64,000 nt of DNA, taken from contig JBAQIQ010000079.1 in the NCBI GenBank assembly GCA_049288935.1, positions 4,339 through 68,338 on the forward strand, given 5' to 3'. This DNA is from Candidatus Competibacteraceae bacterium. GTDB taxonomy: Bacteria; Pseudomonadota; Gammaproteobacteria; Competibacterales; Competibacteraceae. Each line of letters begins with the position of its first letter. Positions within the stretch are counted from its first letter, which is position 1. Below, one piece after another: positions 8,192 through 17,348 of the stretch. Under the pieces are notes generated by a model. It did not search any database. It was not told the DNA's origin and saw only the letters and a list, made by a program, of their open reading frames with translations. The translations under genes were made by a program, and so were the position numbers.

Positions 8192-10036
8192 CTACATCGC
8201 TACTTTCCGGCAACCCGCCCAGGCATGAACCTGATTACGACCGGCTTGTTTAGCGCCATACAGCGCCTGATCGGCCCAATCCAGCAGTCGATCCAGCGAC
8301 AGTTCCGCATGATCCATCAGTGCCGCAACACCGATACTAACCGTTAGCGGCCACGGCCCTTTATCCGTGGCAATCGGTTCAGTAGACAGTGCTGCGCACA
8401 GGCGATTCGCCGTGGCGACAGCCGTCAATAACGAAGTTTCCGGCAACAACATCACAAATTCTTCACCACCATAACGACCCAGCAGGTCCGCTCCCCGCAG
8501 GGTGTCGCGCATAATCCTGGCCACCGCCTGCAAAATCTGATCACCGGCTTGATGACCGAAGGTATCGTTAATCGATTTAAAGTGATCAACATCCAGCATC
8601 AACACCGCCATTGGGTGGCTGTAACGCTGACTGCGCTCGAATTCCTGCCCCGCCATGGCGAAGAAGTGTCGGCGGTTAAACAAGCCGGTGAGTGGGTCCA
8701 GGATCGACAATTGTCGCAATTCTTCTTCCATTCGCTTGCGATCCGTAATATCCACCATCATGCCTAGTGCTCCGGTATGCCGGTTTTGTGCATCAACGAA
8801 GGCATTGATCGAACCCAGGACCCAAACCTCTCCGCCCTCCTTGCGGCGGAACTTGATATCGTGTTGCTCGACGATGCCCGGTCTACGATGTTCCAACCAG
8901 TGGGTAGCCATCGTCCGCCATTCCTCATCCATGAAATCGCATAGTGGCTGGCCCAGCATCTCCTCGACCGTACAGCCCAGCATCTCGGCCATCCGGACAT
9001 TGACAAAGGTGATGCACCCCTGAGCATCGACCAGCCAGATGCCCTCCTGAGCCGTCTCGACGATTCGCCGGTAACGTTCCTCATTATTCCGCAACATCTC
9101 ATCCTTAAGATGCTGCTCGGTCATATCGCGGCCAATCGACTGAATTTCAATCAGATGATGATCGCTATCGAAAATCGCTTGGGTAATCCAATGCACCCAG
9201 CGCGCCGCGCCGTCCGCACGCACCACCTGATGTTCATAAGTCTTAAGAGGGAAGTCAGCGCTGCAAGCTCTCGTCTGCGCAATCCCATCAGACCATACTT
9301 CCTCCGGGATGACTGACATGAAATTGGCGGCTAGCAGATCCTCATAGGAGTAGCCAAAATAGCGACAGTATGCCTGGTTGACGAAGGTGAGGGCGCCATC
9401 GGGCAAAAACCGGCAAATCAAATCGTTCTGGCTCTCGATGATGGCCTGATAACGGGCTTCGCTGAGTTTTAGTAATTCCCCGGTTTGCTTGTAGCCGGTG
9501 ATATCCAACATCACAACATGACACAATCCATCCCATACCGGCCCCAACCTGGACCCTTCCAAGCGCATGTAACGGGGCGATGCATTTTCCGAAGCCAGAA
9601 CGACTTCACAGCTTTCTCGAGTCGTTCCGCTCATCAATTGATGGAGAAAAATATTGAAAACTGGCAGGGTCTCCGCCGAAACAAACATCCCGAAGGGCCG
9701 GTCAATCAGGCAATTTTGGGCGATTCCCAGTAAAAGCGCGCCACTCAGGTTAATCTCCTGCACAGCACCCTTGCGATTAAGCGTCGCGTAGCCGATTGGC
9801 GCAATGTCATAGAGATGGGTATATTTTTCCAGACGCTCTTCGAGGCGATCACACGCCTCTGACAAGGCATGATTTTGCAGTTCCAATTCAATTGTGCGGA
9901 GTTGCAATTGATGGATGAGTTGCTGGCTCTCCACCGGTGTGAGTGCTTGACGGGCAAGGATAAATGGCTCCTTCAACCATAGCTCGTTGCGGCGCTGCTG
10001 TTCAGCATGGACTATGCGACACGAGTCATTCTTCAC
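8192..10036 (-). CDS. multi-PAS sensor diguanylate cyclase (GGDEF)
   Basis: C-terminal GGDEF domain with an intact active site (RYGGEEFVMLL) and the LDVDHFKSINDTFGH motif. It is preceded by repeated PAS-like modules and an N-terminal coiled coil. GTG start at 10036, preceded by a GGAGAA 6 nt upstream. Confidence 0.85.
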   Translation of the reverse strand: MKNDSCRIVHAEQQRRNELWLKEPFILARQALTPVESQQLIHQLQLRTIELELQNHALSEACDRLEERLEKYTHLYDIAPIGYATLNRKGAVQEINLSGALLLGIAQNCLIDRPFGMFVSAETLPVFNIFLHQLMSGTTRESCEVVLASENASPRYMRLEGSRLGPVWDGLCHVVMLDITGYKQTGELLKLSEARYQAIIESQNDLICRFLPDGALTFVNQAYCRYFGYSYEDLLAANFMSVIPEEVWSDGIAQTRACSADFPLKTYEHQVVRADGAARWVHWITQAIFDSDHHLIEIQSIGRDMTEQHLKDEMLRNNEERYRRIVETAQEGIWLVDAQGCITFVNVRMAEMLGCTVEEMLGQPLCDFMDEEWRTMATHWLEHRRPGIVEQHDIKFRRKEGGEVWVLGSINAFVDAQNRHTGALGMMVDITDRKRMEEELRQLSILDPLTGLFNRRHFFAMAGQEFERSQRYSHPMAVLMLDVDHFKSINDTFGHQAGDQILQAVARIMRDTLRGADLLGRYGGEEFVMLLPETSLLTAVATANRLCAALSTEPIATDKGPWPLTVSIGVAALMDHAELSLDRLLDWADQALYGAKQAGRNQVHAWAGCRKVAM

Positions 10037-10508
10037 AATGTATTCTCCATTTTACATTTCATACAGCAGGTAATGATTTAACTTTCTGAAAAAGAAATTT
10101 AAATACAAAAAGTTATATTTTTTACTGGTGCCAGACAGCCCGCTTGGCCGACGGGAATCCGCCTCAGGAAAGTAGCTCCACAACAACTCTCGAAGAACCA
10201 AAAAGAAAAAATGAAGGTTGTTAAAAACGAAACATTGCGGAAATATAATTATTCAAATTTAAACATCCACAGCTTTAATATAAAAAACTTAAGCGCTACA
10301 AAGGACATAGACTATTAAAGCCCTGCGCCTTGATACAAAAACCATTGACACTCATCCTATCCGTATCCAGGGGACAATCCGGGTGCTTTTCCCGTCACCC
10401 TGCTATCATGCTCCTTTGCGGCGATTCTCCCTCGCATTGATTCCGTTAAAATTATAAGCAACCCGTTGTTGTTTATAGAAAATCCATGGAAAAACTCTTT
10501 TAGCCCCC
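10037..10508. promoter_or_regulatory. unusually long (472 bp), visibly AT-rich divergent intergenic region between the GGDEF gene and the aldolase-family gene
   Basis: Long A/T runs (e.g. 10081-10125 and 10200-10320) interrupted by a GC-rich island near 10130-10170. This contrasts with the GC-rich flanks. No ORF of 60 aa or more. Confidence 0.5.
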
Positions 10509-11066
10509 ATGAACATCAAAGACGATCTAGTACGACACTATCACTGGCTGCGCCAATACGGTCTCAACGACTCCCACAGCGGTAATGCCTCAGTGCGGGA
10601 GGGCGACGCCTTCTGGATCACCCCCACCGGCTGCTGCGCCGACACCCTCAGCAGCGGCGAATTGATCGAATGCCGCCTGGATGGCTTAATCGGTACAGGG
10701 GCTTCGATGGACGCCCGTCTCCATCTGGCCGTATATCAGGTCAATCCCGATAGCCGCGCAGTCCTGCATAGTCACGGCCCCTACTCAGTGGCGATGACCA
10801 TGGATAACGAAGAATTCTTCCCGGCAGATTTCGAGGGGCAACTCTATTTCAGCCGGGTGCCGGTGCTGACCATTCCCTATGACCAGTACGAAGCCCGCTC
10901 ACCGCGCCTGGTCGCAGAGATTCTGGCCGACTACCCCATAGCTGTGGTGCGCGGTCACGGTGTCTACGCCTGCGCCAACAACCTGAATCTCGCTTACAAA
11001 TGGACCTGTTCCTTGGAGCTGTCCGCTAAAACCGCTTTCATTGCCCAACAGGCAGGCAAAATATAG
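10509..11066 (+). CDS. class II aldolase/adducin-family protein
   Basis: 185 aa with SHSGNASVR, FWITPTG and VLHSHGPYSVA motifs typical of the class II aldolase / MtnB-like fold. Confidence 0.7.
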   Translation: MNIKDDLVRHYHWLRQYGLNDSHSGNASVREGDAFWITPTGCCADTLSSGELIECRLDGLIGTGASMDARLHLAVYQVNPDSRAVLHSHGPYSVAMTMDNEEFFPADFEGQLYFSRVPVLTIPYDQYEARSPRLVAEILADYPIAVVRGHGVYACANNLNLAYKWTCSLELSAKTAFIAQQAGKI

Positions 11067-11097
11067 GCCAAGTAATAGCAATCTCCGTTAGATCTCC

Positions 11098-12240
11098 TCA
11101 TGGCCGCAACCCACGCCATGCCACCAGCCACCCTAGCATTGCCAGCACCGCCGCCAGATCAAACATCACGACCGGTCCTAATCCCTGCCATAGATAACCG
11201 GCGGCCAAGCTGCCCACTGCATTACCCGCCCCGAAGCTCAAACTGCTGTAGAGCGCCTGGCCGCGCCCCTGCAGAGATCCTGGAAAAAATTGATTGACCA
11301 AGTGGATAGAGGCTGCATGAAAAACGCCGAAGGTGAAGGCGTGTAAAGTCTGGGCGAACAGCAAAACCGGCAAATCAGCGGCGAAATGGGCGATTAACTG
11401 CCAGCGCAGCGCCGCGATCGCCAACGCGGCCAACAGCAACCGGCGCGGCCCGAAGCGTGGTAGTAACCGATGCATAAAGACGAACATCCCAACTTCCACC
11501 GCTACGCCTAAACCCCACATCAGCCCGATAAACTCTCGCGAATAACCGAAAATTTCCAGATACAGCGAGAAGAACCCGTAATACGGTGCATGGGCAGCCT
11601 GACTGAGGAAACAAGCGACAAAAAAGACGATCACGGCGGGCCGGCGCAAGACTTGGCCTATCGGCGGAGTCCAATGTGCATCCGGCTTGGCTGCCGATTC
11701 CGGCGCCAGCAAGCTGTTCAGCCACAACAGGGCGAACAGCCCCAACAGCACTGCCGGCACGGTCGCCACACCCCAAGTCCCCACCACTGGACCCATTCCC
11801 ACCGCTGCGCCAATGAATCCTATTGAACCCCATAACCTTATTCGACTATAGCGATGCGTGTACTCACCCAGATGGTTCAGCGTCACCACTTCGAACTGCG
11901 GCAGCGCCGCATTCCAGAAGAAGCTGAACAACACGGTAACGAACGCCAGCCAGCCATACGAACCACCTGCCGCGTAGACCCCGGCAAAACTCAGCGCAGT
12001 GATCAGACAAGCCCAGCGCACGATACGCATCCGCTGGCCGGTACGGTCGCCTAGCCAGCCCCATAAATTGGGTGCGATCAGTTTGGTAAGTTGCGTGATC
12101 GCCAACAACTCACCAATGCGCGCCGGCTCGAAACCCAGACCCAACAGATACAATCCCCAATAGGGCAGCAACACCCCCAACGTAGCGAAATAAAACAGAT
12201 AGAAACCGGAAAGGCGAACGTAGAGCGCAAGTGTCAGCAT
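11098..12240 (-). CDS. MFS transporter (HcaT/PPP-like subfamily)
   Basis: 380 aa with about 12 hydrophobic helices. The N-terminus FYLFYFATLGVLLPYWGLYL resembles the 3-phenylpropionate-permease-like MFS group. Confidence 0.7.
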   Translation of the reverse strand: MLTLALYVRLSGFYLFYFATLGVLLPYWGLYLLGLGFEPARIGELLAITQLTKLIAPNLWGWLGDRTGQRMRIVRWACLITALSFAGVYAAGGSYGWLAFVTVLFSFFWNAALPQFEVVTLNHLGEYTHRYSRIRLWGSIGFIGAAVGMGPVVGTWGVATVPAVLLGLFALLWLNSLLAPESAAKPDAHWTPPIGQVLRRPAVIVFFVACFLSQAAHAPYYGFFSLYLEIFGYSREFIGLMWGLGVAVEVGMFVFMHRLLPRFGPRRLLLAALAIAALRWQLIAHFAADLPVLLFAQTLHAFTFGVFHAASIHLVNQFFPGSLQGRGQALYSSLSFGAGNAVGSLAAGYLWQGLGPVVMFDLAAVLAMLGWLVAWRGLRP

Positions 12241-12439
12241 GGACGTTTATCGGCAATTCAATGAGGCTCGCCCGCCAAGGCTCAGCAGAATTGTTATACG
12301 CTGGATACTTAAACCCCCGGCGCTGAAATGAAACCCCACCTGATGGGTAGAATGATCAAAGCGCCCCAGAGCATCGCCATGAGCGACCAGTGATTAAAAC
12401 CATCCAGAAAATATTAAAAAACAATTAACTTGAAAGGCG

Positions 12440-13534
12440 TTAGCAACATTGAGTCACCGGGGTCGCTGAGCGCACATCCAGATTCTGCGCCCGGTGACGC
12501 AGGGCGTGATCCATTAACACCAGCGCCAGCATCGCCTCAGCAATCGGCGTGGCGCGAATGCCCACACAAGGATCATGCCGGCCCTTGGTCACCACCTCGA
12601 CCGGTTCACCGTGGATATTGATGGTCCGTCCCGGCAACCGGATACTGGAGGTCGGTTTCAGAGCGATACTGGCGACGATATCCTGGCCAGTGGAAATCCC
12701 ACCGAGTACTCCACCTGCGTGATTACTCAAAAACCCTTCCGGCGTCAATTCGTCGCGATGCTCGGTGCCGCGCTGTTCGACACAGGCGAAACCCGCGCCG
12801 ATTTCCACGCCTTTCACCGCATTGATGCTCATCAGCGCATGAGCAATGTCGGCGTCCAGCCGGTCAAACACCGGTTCGCCCCAACCGACCGGCAACCCGC
12901 TGGCCACGACGTTCACCCGCGCTCCGATGGAATCGCCGGATTTGCGCAAAGCATCCATAAAAGCTTCCAGTTCCGCGACCGTGTCGGGGTCCGGGCAGAA
13001 AAATGGATTATTATCGACCTCATCCCAGATCACTTTGGTCGGACGAATCGGGCCAAGTTGGGCCAGATAGCCACGAATTTCCACCCCATAGCGCCCGCGC
13101 AAATATTTCCGGGCGATGGCGCCTGCCGCCACCCGCATCGCTGTTTCCCGCGCTGAGGAGCGACCACCACCCCGATAATCGCGCAGGCCATATTTGTGCT
13201 GATAGGTATAGTCCGCATGGCCGGGCCGGAAACGGTCCATAATCTCGCCATAATCCTTCGAACGCTGATCCACATTCTCAATCAGCAGGCCAATCGGCGC
13301 GCCCGTCGTCCGTCCCTCAAAAACCCCGGACAGAATGCGGACTGTATCCGGTTCGCGGCGCTGGGTTGTGTGCCGGCTCTTCCCCGGACGACGACGATCC
13401 AAGTCGCGCTGTAATTCGGCCTCAGCCAGCTCCAGACCGGGTGGACAACCATCCACAATCGCGCCAAGCGCCGGGCCATGACTTTCGCCAAAGGTAGTCA
13501 CGGTGAACAGCTTCCCAGAGGTATTGCCAGACAT
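12440..13534 (-). CDS. aroC: chorismate synthase
   Basis: [34 protein letters not shown]... and [11 protein letters not shown] are diagnostic AroC motifs. 364 aa. Confidence 0.95.
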   Translation of the reverse strand: MSGNTSGKLFTVTTFGESHGPALGAIVDGCPPGLELAEAELQRDLDRRRPGKSRHTTQRREPDTVRILSGVFEGRTTGAPIGLLIENVDQRSKDYGEIMDRFRPGHADYTYQHKYGLRDYRGGGRSSARETAMRVAAGAIARKYLRGRYGVEIRGYLAQLGPIRPTKVIWDEVDNNPFFCPDPDTVAELEAFMDALRKSGDSIGARVNVVASGLPVGWGEPVFDRLDADIAHALMSINAVKGVEIGAGFACVEQRGTEHRDELTPEGFLSNHAGGVLGGISTGQDIVASIALKPTSSIRLPGRTINIHGEPVEVVTKGRHDPCVGIRATPIAEAMLALVLMDHALRHRAQNLDVRSATPVTQCC

Positions 13535-13723
13535 AGTAAAAACGATCCTTGCGTGATGAAAGGTATAAAATTTGCTTGAATCCCGGAGAATATTTTGCCG
13601 TTCTCCGGATGATTCCCTAAAATTCAGGTTCTATCCAGACTAACTCATCGTGCACTGACCGGGCGCCCAGCGCGCGCACGCCGCCGGATGCAGCCTCCGA
13701 TAACAGAAATATGGGATGCAAAC

Positions 13724-16708
13724 ATGCAGATTCCAGGGTATCAGATCGAGCGTGAACTCGGGCAAGGCGGCATGGCCATTGTCTATCTCGCCTTGCAGGA
13801 ATCGCTGCATCGTCATGTTGCGCTGAAGGTCATTAAGCCTGTATTGACCACCGATGAGGAATTCGCCCAGCGCTTCCTGCGCGAGGGGCGCATTATCGCC
13901 CAACTCAGCGATCCACACATCGTCACGGTTTACGACATCGCCTCTCACAATGGCACTTATTATTTGTCGATGGAATACCTGTCGGGCGGCACCCTGCAAC
14001 AGCGTATCCGCAATGGTTTGCCACTGGAAGAAGCGCTGTCGATTGCTCGGGCCATCGTCGGCGCTCTGCACTACGCACACCGGCGTAACATAATTCACCG
14101 CGATATCAAGCCGCAAAATATTCTGTTCCGGGAAAATGGCCAGCCGGTGCTGACCGATTTCGGCATCGCCAAAACCCTGGGCGCCAGCACCATCATGACG
14201 CGCACCGGCCTGTCACTCGGCACTCCGCGCTACATGAGTCCTGAACAAATTCGGGGTCAGGGCGTGGACGCCCGCGCTGATCTATACAGCTTCGGCGTAC
14301 TGTTCTACGAAATGCTCACGGGCAACGTCCCCTACACCGCTGACGACAGTTTCGCGCTGGCGATGATGCATGTGACCGCTCCAGTTCCCAAGCTGCCGCC
14401 CCATCTAAGCCGCTTCCAGCCGTTGTTGAACAAACTGCTGGATAAAAACCCCGACGAGCGCTTCCAGAGCGGCGAAGCCATCATTGCCGCCATCACCGCC
14501 AGCGAGGCCGGTGCTTTTGACCTGCTCAGCGTAACCGGTCCGGTCCGGTCCATCCCCACTGGAGCCCCGCCAAGACGACTTGGCTGGAAAACAGGCTTGC
14601 CCGCCGCCATTCTAGCCAGCGCGGCGCTGGCGGGCGGTTACTGGTTCCTGCACCAGCCCGCGCCACCGGTGATCGAACCACCGATCGTCACAACGCCCAC
14701 GCCACCGCCAGTGACCCCACCCCCGGTCATCGCGACTCCGGTTACCCCGCCGGCGCCTGAACCGCCGATTGTTGATGCTAAAGAGCAAGCCCGACAGGCG
14801 GAGGAGCAGGAACAGCAACGGCAGGGGCGGTTGCAGGCCGAGCAATTCCTAGAGCAGGCCCAACGCGCCCGGCAGGAAGGCGCTTTGTCAATGAGTTTGA
14901 TCCACATTGAACAGGGCTTGCAGGCCATGCCCAGCCACCCCGACTTGTTGAACCTCAAGCGGGACGTACTCAAACAACAAGCCGACCTCCAGCGCCAGGA
15001 AGAGACCGCCCGCCGACAAGAAGAGGCAGCTCACCAACAAGCTACAGCGCTGGAGCAGGCCAAAGCAGAATCGCAACAACGCCAACGTAAGGCGGATGAG
15101 TTATTGGCGCGGGCGTTGGATGATCAACGAAATCGCTCCTATGAAACCAGTCTCCTGCGCATCGAACAGGGTCTGCAACAAATGCCCGATCATCGCCGCC
15201 TGCTGGCCCTGCGTGAAGACGTTCGCAAGCAATTGCGCGAAGCCAAAGCCGCGCCGCCCCCGCCTACTCCTGTTGTCAAACCACCGATAGACGATACGGC
15301 CCGAATCGCTGCCCTGCTGCAACAGTGCGAAACCCACCTGCAAGCCAACCGGCTCACTGCGGGCAAGGGTGGTAACGCCGCCGACTGCTATCGTGAAGTG
15401 ATCAAACGGGATCGCGGCAACGCCGAAGCGCTAGCGGGTCTAGACCGTATCGCCGACCGTTACGCAGAACTGGTTTCAACTGCCCTGCAAAGCAACAACG
15501 TCAAATCAGCCCGCAGCTCACTGGCGCGAATAGAAGCCGTCAATCCTTCCCATCCACAATTGTCCCGGCTGCGGGAACAACTGGCGTTGGCGGAAGCCCC
15601 TAAGCCGGTGGCTCCACCGCCCAGACCTGAGCCCCTACCCAAGCCATCGCCCGCCACACCCGAACCCCGGACACCGGTTTCTCCCATTGATCTAGTCTCG
15701 ATTCCACAGCCCGCTGAGCAAGCTGCTCCGGCCGTTTCCGAAACCCGAGTGGTCGCCAAGGATCGACATACACAGATTTCCCGAACGCAAACCGATGAAG
15801 ATGTCAGCCTGCAAATCACGACCTCACCGCAGGGCATCCTGGACGAGGCCAGTCGGGCCGCGACGCAAAAACAGACTCCTGCGGGGACACCAGCTCAGTT
15901 GTTGGTCCGTGCGGATGTTGAAGACGCCGAAATCTGGATCAACAACCGCAAGGTCGGCACAACGCCGATGCAGATTGAAATGCGTCCGGGCTCCTACCGG
16001 GTGCGTGTCCGTCGGGAAGGCTATACCGACTGGAACGGCAAGGTCGATCTCGCCCCTGGCGATGAAAGCTCAATCACCGCCGTGCTGCCTCGGAAACTCG
16101 AAACTGCCAGTGCTGCTGCGCCTGTTCCAGAGCGCCGCCGGTCGGAATCCGCTCCGGTGACTGAATCCCCTGAAGAGGAAGAGAAACCAACGCCGCCGCG
16201 TGCGCCCGAGACCCAGACGGCTAAAGCCAGTTCGCAAGCCGCCAACTGTCTCAGTGGCATTTGCGACACCGGACGGGGAACTTACCGATACCCCGATGGC
16301 AGCGAATACTCCGGCGATTTTCGTAATGCCAAGATGCACGGCCAGGGAACCTATGTCTACGCGGGACGAGGTGAAAAGTACGTGGGCGAATGGCGTAACG
16401 GCATCATCAGCGGCCAGGGTACCTATTACTACCGTAGCGGCAACCGTTACGATGGTGAATGGCGCAGCGGCCGCAAACATGGCCAAGGGACTTATCTCTA
16501 CGCGGGCCGGGGCGACAAATATGTGGGTGAATTCGCTAACGATCAGCCTAACGGTCAAGGCATTTATTACTACAGCAATGGCGACCGTTATGAGGGCGAA
16601 TGGCGCAATGGCCGCAAGCATGGCCAAGGCGTACTTTACGAGAACGGCCAAAAAATCGTTGGTGAGTGGCAGAACGATCAGAAGATTCGGGTTCAAATCG
16701 AACGTTAG
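13724..16708 (+). CDS. membrane-spanning Hanks-type Ser/Thr protein kinase with a coiled-coil/helical-repeat region, a PEGA domain and C-terminal MORN repeats
   Basis: Kinase motifs: GQGGMAIVYLA, VALKVI, HRDIKPQNIL, DFGIAK, SPEQ. One TM helix (GLPAAILASAALAGGYWFL), a Pro-rich linker, Q/E/R-rich coiled coil, a PEGA-like segment (EIWINNRKVGTTPMQIEMRPGSYRVRVRREGYTDW) and repeated YxGE[WF]xNGxxHGQGTY units. The start is set at MQIPGY by analogy with the paralog at 53400; the ORF opens at 13688. Confidence 0.85.
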   Translation: MQIPGYQIERELGQGGMAIVYLALQESLHRHVALKVIKPVLTTDEEFAQRFLREGRIIAQLSDPHIVTVYDIASHNGTYYLSMEYLSGGTLQQRIRNGLPLEEALSIARAIVGALHYAHRRNIIHRDIKPQNILFRENGQPVLTDFGIAKTLGASTIMTRTGLSLGTPRYMSPEQIRGQGVDARADLYSFGVLFYEMLTGNVPYTADDSFALAMMHVTAPVPKLPPHLSRFQPLLNKLLDKNPDERFQSGEAIIAAITASEAGAFDLLSVTGPVRSIPTGAPPRRLGWKTGLPAAILASAALAGGYWFLHQPAPPVIEPPIVTTPTPPPVTPPPVIATPVTPPAPEPPIVDAKEQARQAEEQEQQRQGRLQAEQFLEQAQRARQEGALSMSLIHIEQGLQAMPSHPDLLNLKRDVLKQQADLQRQEETARRQEEAAHQQATALEQAKAESQQRQRKADELLARALDDQRNRSYETSLLRIEQGLQQMPDHRRLLALREDVRKQLREAKAAPPPPTPVVKPPIDDTARIAALLQQCETHLQANRLTAGKGGNAADCYREVIKRDRGNAEALAGLDRIADRYAELVSTALQSNNVKSARSSLARIEAVNPSHPQLSRLREQLALAEAPKPVAPPPRPEPLPKPSPATPEPRTPVSPIDLVSIPQPAEQAAPAVSETRVVAKDRHTQISRTQTDEDVSLQITTSPQGILDEASRAATQKQTPAGTPAQLLVRADVEDAEIWINNRKVGTTPMQIEMRPGSYRVRVRREGYTDWNGKVDLAPGDESSITAVLPRKLETASAAAPVPERRRSESAPVTESPEEEEKPTPPRAPETQTAKASSQAANCLSGICDTGRGTYRYPDGSEYSGDFRNAKMHGQGTYVYAGRGEKYVGEWRNGIISGQGTYYYRSGNRYDGEWRSGRKHGQGTYLYAGRGDKYVGEFANDQPNGQGIYYYSNGDRYEGEWRNGRKHGQGVLYENGQKIVGEWQNDQKIRVQIER
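16270..16690 (+). repeat. in-frame tandem coding repeats (at least 5 MORN-type units of ~23 aa)
   Basis: The units are YSGDFRNAKMHGQGTYVY, YVGEWRNGIISGQGTYYY, YDGEWRSGRKHGQGTYLY, YVGEFANDQPNGQGIYYY, YEGEWRNGRKHGQGVLY, plus the partial unit IVGEWQNDQK. The repeat composition also produces stop-free shadow ORFs in other frames. Confidence 0.8.
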
Positions 16709-16710
16709 AT

Positions 16711-16734
16711 TCCCCCTCTTGCAGGAGAGGGGGA
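16711..16734. terminator. perfect 9-bp GC-rich hairpin between convergent stop codons
   Basis: TCCCCCTCT, loop tgcagg, then AGAGGGGGA. It starts 3 nt after the kinase stop and lies 16 nt from the stop of the small minus-strand ORF. There is no clear U-tract. Confidence 0.5.
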
Positions 16735-16750
16735 TCGGAACAGCAGATTG

Positions 16751-17023
16751 TTAGCGATGTGGCAGGGGATCAGCTAAATGACGCGGCGTCTTCAACCAAC
16801 GATAGAGCAAAAAATCAGCATTATTCTCTTCCAAACATCGGACTGAGTGCATTTGGGTGCCCCGGATAGGCGTATCGCCGCCATAACCGCCGCAATAGCT
16901 GCCACCACTGGCGCTCACGCATGAGGCCGTTCCACGATAAGGACAACCGTACTTATCTACTGGCGTCAATCCTTCATTACCATGCCTTCTGGCCTTCACT
17001 GGCCGGGCAATTTCGCTTTTCAT
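16751..17023 (-). CDS. hypothetical small Cys/Gly-rich protein (~90 aa)
   Basis: Only ORF evidence. An ATG at 17023 lies 10 nt after a GAGGA, and the gene shares the hairpin at 16711-16734 with the convergent kinase gene. I recognise no family. Third-position GC looks lower than in neighbouring genes. Confidence 0.3.
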   Translation of the reverse strand: MKSEIARPVKARRHGNEGLTPVDKYGCPYRGTASCVSASGGSYCGGYGGDTPIRGTQMHSVRCLEENNADFLLYRWLKTPRHLADPLPHR

Positions 17024-17348
17024 TTCGTTCAATTCCTCGCTTCAGTGGTCGGTGGCGTTGCCGCCTCTCCCCGCGCCTGGCTGGAGCAACGCATTATTTT
17101 TTAAAAATTATAGATTTATTTTATAAAAAATCGGTCACCTTAGCTTACGACCTAAAACCAGGGAGTAAATAAGGGTTTTATCGAATAAAATCGGGGTTAT
17201 TCCTGATGGCACTTTTCTGGGAAAAGCGGTCGCTCATTGCAGAGAATCCCAATTCTGGTTGAATTCCACGTCATAAGACGATAATTTCCGACAGTGTTAA
17301 GCACTTATTTGTCCCACTAGCCCGCCTCTTCCATCGGGAGATCGCCTC

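Noticed and set aside
10211-10318. A 35-codon ORF (MKVVKNETLRKYNYSNLNIHSFNIKNLSATKDIDY) inside the AT-rich intergenic region.
   Set aside because: There is no RBS, and the composition simply mirrors AT-rich DNA (Asn/Lys/Ile/Tyr). It is most likely non-coding.
13583-13608. An 8-bp inverted repeat, CCGGAGAA-N10-TTCTCCGG, between aroC and the kinase gene.
   Set aside because: It could be an operator or a small hairpin, but it is short, unique in the window and has no flanking U-tract. The evidence is insufficient to call a feature.
14640-14770. A Pro/Thr/Val-rich repetitive DNA stretch that superficially resembles a tandem repeat or VNTR.
   Set aside because: It is in frame within the kinase ORF and encodes a Pro-rich linker. 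The repeats are imperfect at the DNA level, so it is not a CRISPR array or a satellite repeat.
16070-16754. Two long ORFs (208 aa on the minus strand, 184 aa on the plus strand) overlapping the 3' end of the kinase gene.
   Set aside because: They coincide exactly with the MORN tandem repeats. The repeat periodicity keeps alternative frames open, and the in-frame MORN consensus identifies the true frame.
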